The translations under genes and the position numbers were made by a program. The notes below the pieces were generated by a model, which worked only from the letters and a program-made list of their open reading frames with translations, was not told where the DNA came from and did no database searches. From Orbicella franksi (Eukaryota): a DNA stretch of 64,000 bases. The stretch spans positions 10,602,001 through 10,666,000 of the forward strand of contig OZ116710.1 of the NCBI GenBank assembly GCA_964199315.1, in the 5' to 3' direction. This document shows positions 61,062 to 64,000 of the stretch, piece after piece (within the stretch, counting starts at the first letter, position 1; the number at the start of each line of letters is the position of its first letter).

Positions 61062-62637
61062 AGTTAACTTGCTAGCGAAGATTATATTAGAAAATTCAAA
61101 GTTCTTTGTAGCTAGACGAGTTTGGACTTCGAACAGTGGTAATCGAGTTCTTCTAAGCTCTAGTCAGCCAACTTTCAAAAAGAAGAGACAAATTGTATAT
61201 AATTTTTTTCCTTTCAATTCAAATCTATTCAAATTCTAATACACGAGAAAGTTGATTGTCAAACTGAACTTTCACCTCGCCCTTCACGAGGCTAAAACTG
61301 AACTTTTGATTATAGTTTAGAGAATAAAATTAATCTTCTCTTATTAGTTAACGTTTTGTCAACTATTTCGAGTGTGGACCCATCACTATGGCTTATTGCC
61401 ATTTTCGAGAGGAGCATGCTTTGGCACGGCTTTTTAACGCATTCAAAGTGCTTGATGCGTTGCTAATTTGCTCTATAAGAGATAGAAATGCATGTTTCCA
61501 AGCTATTAGGCTCAAATATAACAACCTTTGTTGTTGCTCTCCCTGTGGGACTCATTATCTCTGAAGTGGAACTGAATGATATAGACACTCTAACACCAGG
61601 GCCTTTTATAATAGATCAGATCTGATTCGTGTCACGCGCGCGCGTTCGCGAATTCGATCACGCGAAGGTGATTTGTAGTCTCTTCCACTTCGCATTTGTC
61701 GCCAAAAGGGAAAACGTCAGACTGAGATTTCTCAGAAACACTTCTAATGCCTTTGCAGAGAGCTATGTAATATAAACTGAAGCTGTTACGCTATATTAAC
61801 TCCAGTTTTCCTCCCAAATCGCATTACGTGACAGACATTTCGAGAACTTTCGCCTTTGCATTGCTTTTTGTCCAGTTTCCGAATAGTGCAAACCCGGACG
61901 ATGGGGCCAAATAATTCTGTGTACATAATGACAGCCCGTTTACACCCTGAAACTAGATATTTAATGACTTGCTCAAAACGATATTTTGAAGCACGAAACA
62001 AAATTCATGTAATGCACGAAGTGGTTAAAGCTACTTGATTTAATAGAAGATTTCTTGCAATCTATAATCACATTAGTACTTGACCACACAGGTCTAACTT
62101 TAATTTGCGCATCTTTTGTCATCGACCTTTGAAAAAAAAGATTGCACGATTTTTTCGTAAAAGAAGTCAGCGCGTGTTTGTTATGGAAAACAAGGGACGC
62201 AAATGCAGCCTTTTCACTAAATAGGAGAGTTCGGGTTTCTTATGACTTTAACCCGGCAGCCAGGACCAGTGCTTTGTAATAGAGTACTTTTAAGTTTGAC
62301 TCACAGGGATATATAATTAATTTTCTCAACAAGTAGCTTCATTGCCGGGTCGTGACAATTGACTGGCTCAATTGGTTACTGTTATGTTACAACAAGAAAA
62401 GACATGTAAGGGCAAATGTTTCAGCCAGACGCACTGGCTTCGTGACTGCGGGGCTAAAACAAGACGAAAAGAAATTCAGTGAATTCCTCGAAGGGGAAAG
62501 CTGTGTTTTAATAGGAGATTGCTATGGAAAGGAACCGGGCACCCGGTTTAAGGCTTAAAAAAGAAAAATCAGTAAGCTCTCTGCACTCCGATCCTTATTA
62601 GCGTTAAAAGGTTAATCTAATCGGCATTTCCGCAACA

Positions 62638-62693
62638 CACAACCTCGTTCCCAGGCCCCAAGCTAGGGAAAAGGCTCCGGGAACGAGGCTGCA
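62638..62693. mobile_element. Mini hairpin element
   Basis: CAACCTCGTTCCC / GGGAACGAGGCTG inverted termini. Confidence 0.6.
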
Positions 62694-64000
62694 CAACACA
62701 AATAGCGAAAAATAGTCGATCTGTCAATGCACTGAAAATTGTCAAAATTACGCCACTTTGAAAAAGTATGTTTGCTCGCTGGCATGTGTAGCTTTCTTTA
62801 ACAAATAAAGCATCATGCATAAAACACACATTCAACTTAAGTCCCCGCCATATCGGGTTTCCGTTGAGGATCAATACATAACCATTTCGACAAACAACAA
62901 GAAAAGGCTTGGTAATTGTTTGCCCGCTTAACAGTTAAAAATGATAACCAATTTGTAGAAAAAGGGTCACTTTGTTTCATTTCAGCATTTGTACGTCGCA
63001 TGAAGCAAAATTCAAGGTAATAAAGCATTGAAAATATTTTTCATGAGTTTACAGACGAAAAAGCGTAAGTTAGGACAGAACTTAATTATATGTAAATTAC
63101 AAACTGCTAAAGCTATCTTTAACTGACACATAGATCACCTGCATCGACAAGTCTAAAAAGATACTTGTCTGAATGAAAAATCTGAAGGGAATAAAATTTA
63201 TTCTCGAAGGTTCCCCCAACACAAAACTAAAAATTTTACATCAAGAAAAAAGGAAAATGAAGCCGTTTTATATTCATATTCAGCAAAATGTTAAACTTGG
63301 AGAGAAGGCAAACTCGGGAATGAATTTTTTCGTAGTTTTTAATTTATTCATTTTCGCTCTAAGCCAATTAGTAAAATAAATTTCGTTTCCGGAATTCTTA
63401 TTATGTTGAGCAACTTAATAAAACTAAAGGATTGCCGGATACTTCGCTAAAAATACACAGAGCAGATTCATTTTCTCAGAAAAACATCCTCCTCACTTCT
63501 GTCAAGAGTTGTCCAGATGTGTCTCAGAATTTCGAACACAGTGTAAGTCTTTCTCTTGAAAGCTATCGCCAATTGTCGCCTTTAAAAACAAGACATTTAT
63601 ATTTGTGATGGAAATTAAAATGAGGACGCTGCAATCTGACATCTAGCGAAGTCATGAAATCCTCTTTCAGAAAGCACACATGCATCTTTAGCGGAGAACC
63701 CTGAACTGGAGACAGATAATTGCTGATTATTTTTCTTTAACTTTTGTCAACTTTCTTCTTCCCTTTCTGCTGAAACTTAGTACCTTCTGAAATCATCTTG
63801 TGTAAAAACATTCTGTTTTTCATGTGAATTATCCAAATCCCCTCAGGTGGGGATTAATTATTGTTTTAACAAGTAATATACAGTGATAAAATCAGCCAAT
63901 GAAATCGTTGTTTGCACGATCACCTGCGTAAGAACGGAAACCAACTTGTCTCGGTTGTCAAGTGTAGCTATATATATGTCAAGTACGAGTCGTTAACCAG

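Overview
Eukaryotic, AT-rich genomic DNA with GT-AG introns. The repeat families look anthozoan/stony-coral-like (inference, not a database result). Intact genes: OXA1L (minus strand, 7 exons, 22787-29662) head-to-head with a KIFC3-type kinesin-14 (plus, 15 coding exons, 30387-41097, plus a probable terminal exon at 41703-41762); a two-exon FANK1 (minus, 48706-52802); and a divergent pair of intronless PPP1R27-like ankyrin paralogues (55049-55600 minus; about 60405-61061 plus). The left 19 kb holds no intact recognisable gene. It carries a 9-exon unprocessed NUBP2/Cfd1 pseudogene (9899-14770) with a stop, frameshifts and damaged motifs, and an unidentified, partly decayed spliced ORF. The window is dense in non-autonomous elements: a tRNA-headed SINE (three full copies with TSDs), TIR MITEs of Harbinger-, Mutator- and Tc1/mariner-like type, often nested, and palindromic hairpin elements. 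There is one 180-N gap. No CRISPR array, rRNA or bona fide tRNA gene was seen. I did not find a clearly novel multi-gene system. The best leads are the ankyrin pair with divergent PP1-docking motifs, the dead NUBP2, and two odd splice/stop features of KIFC3. All exon coordinates were read by hand.
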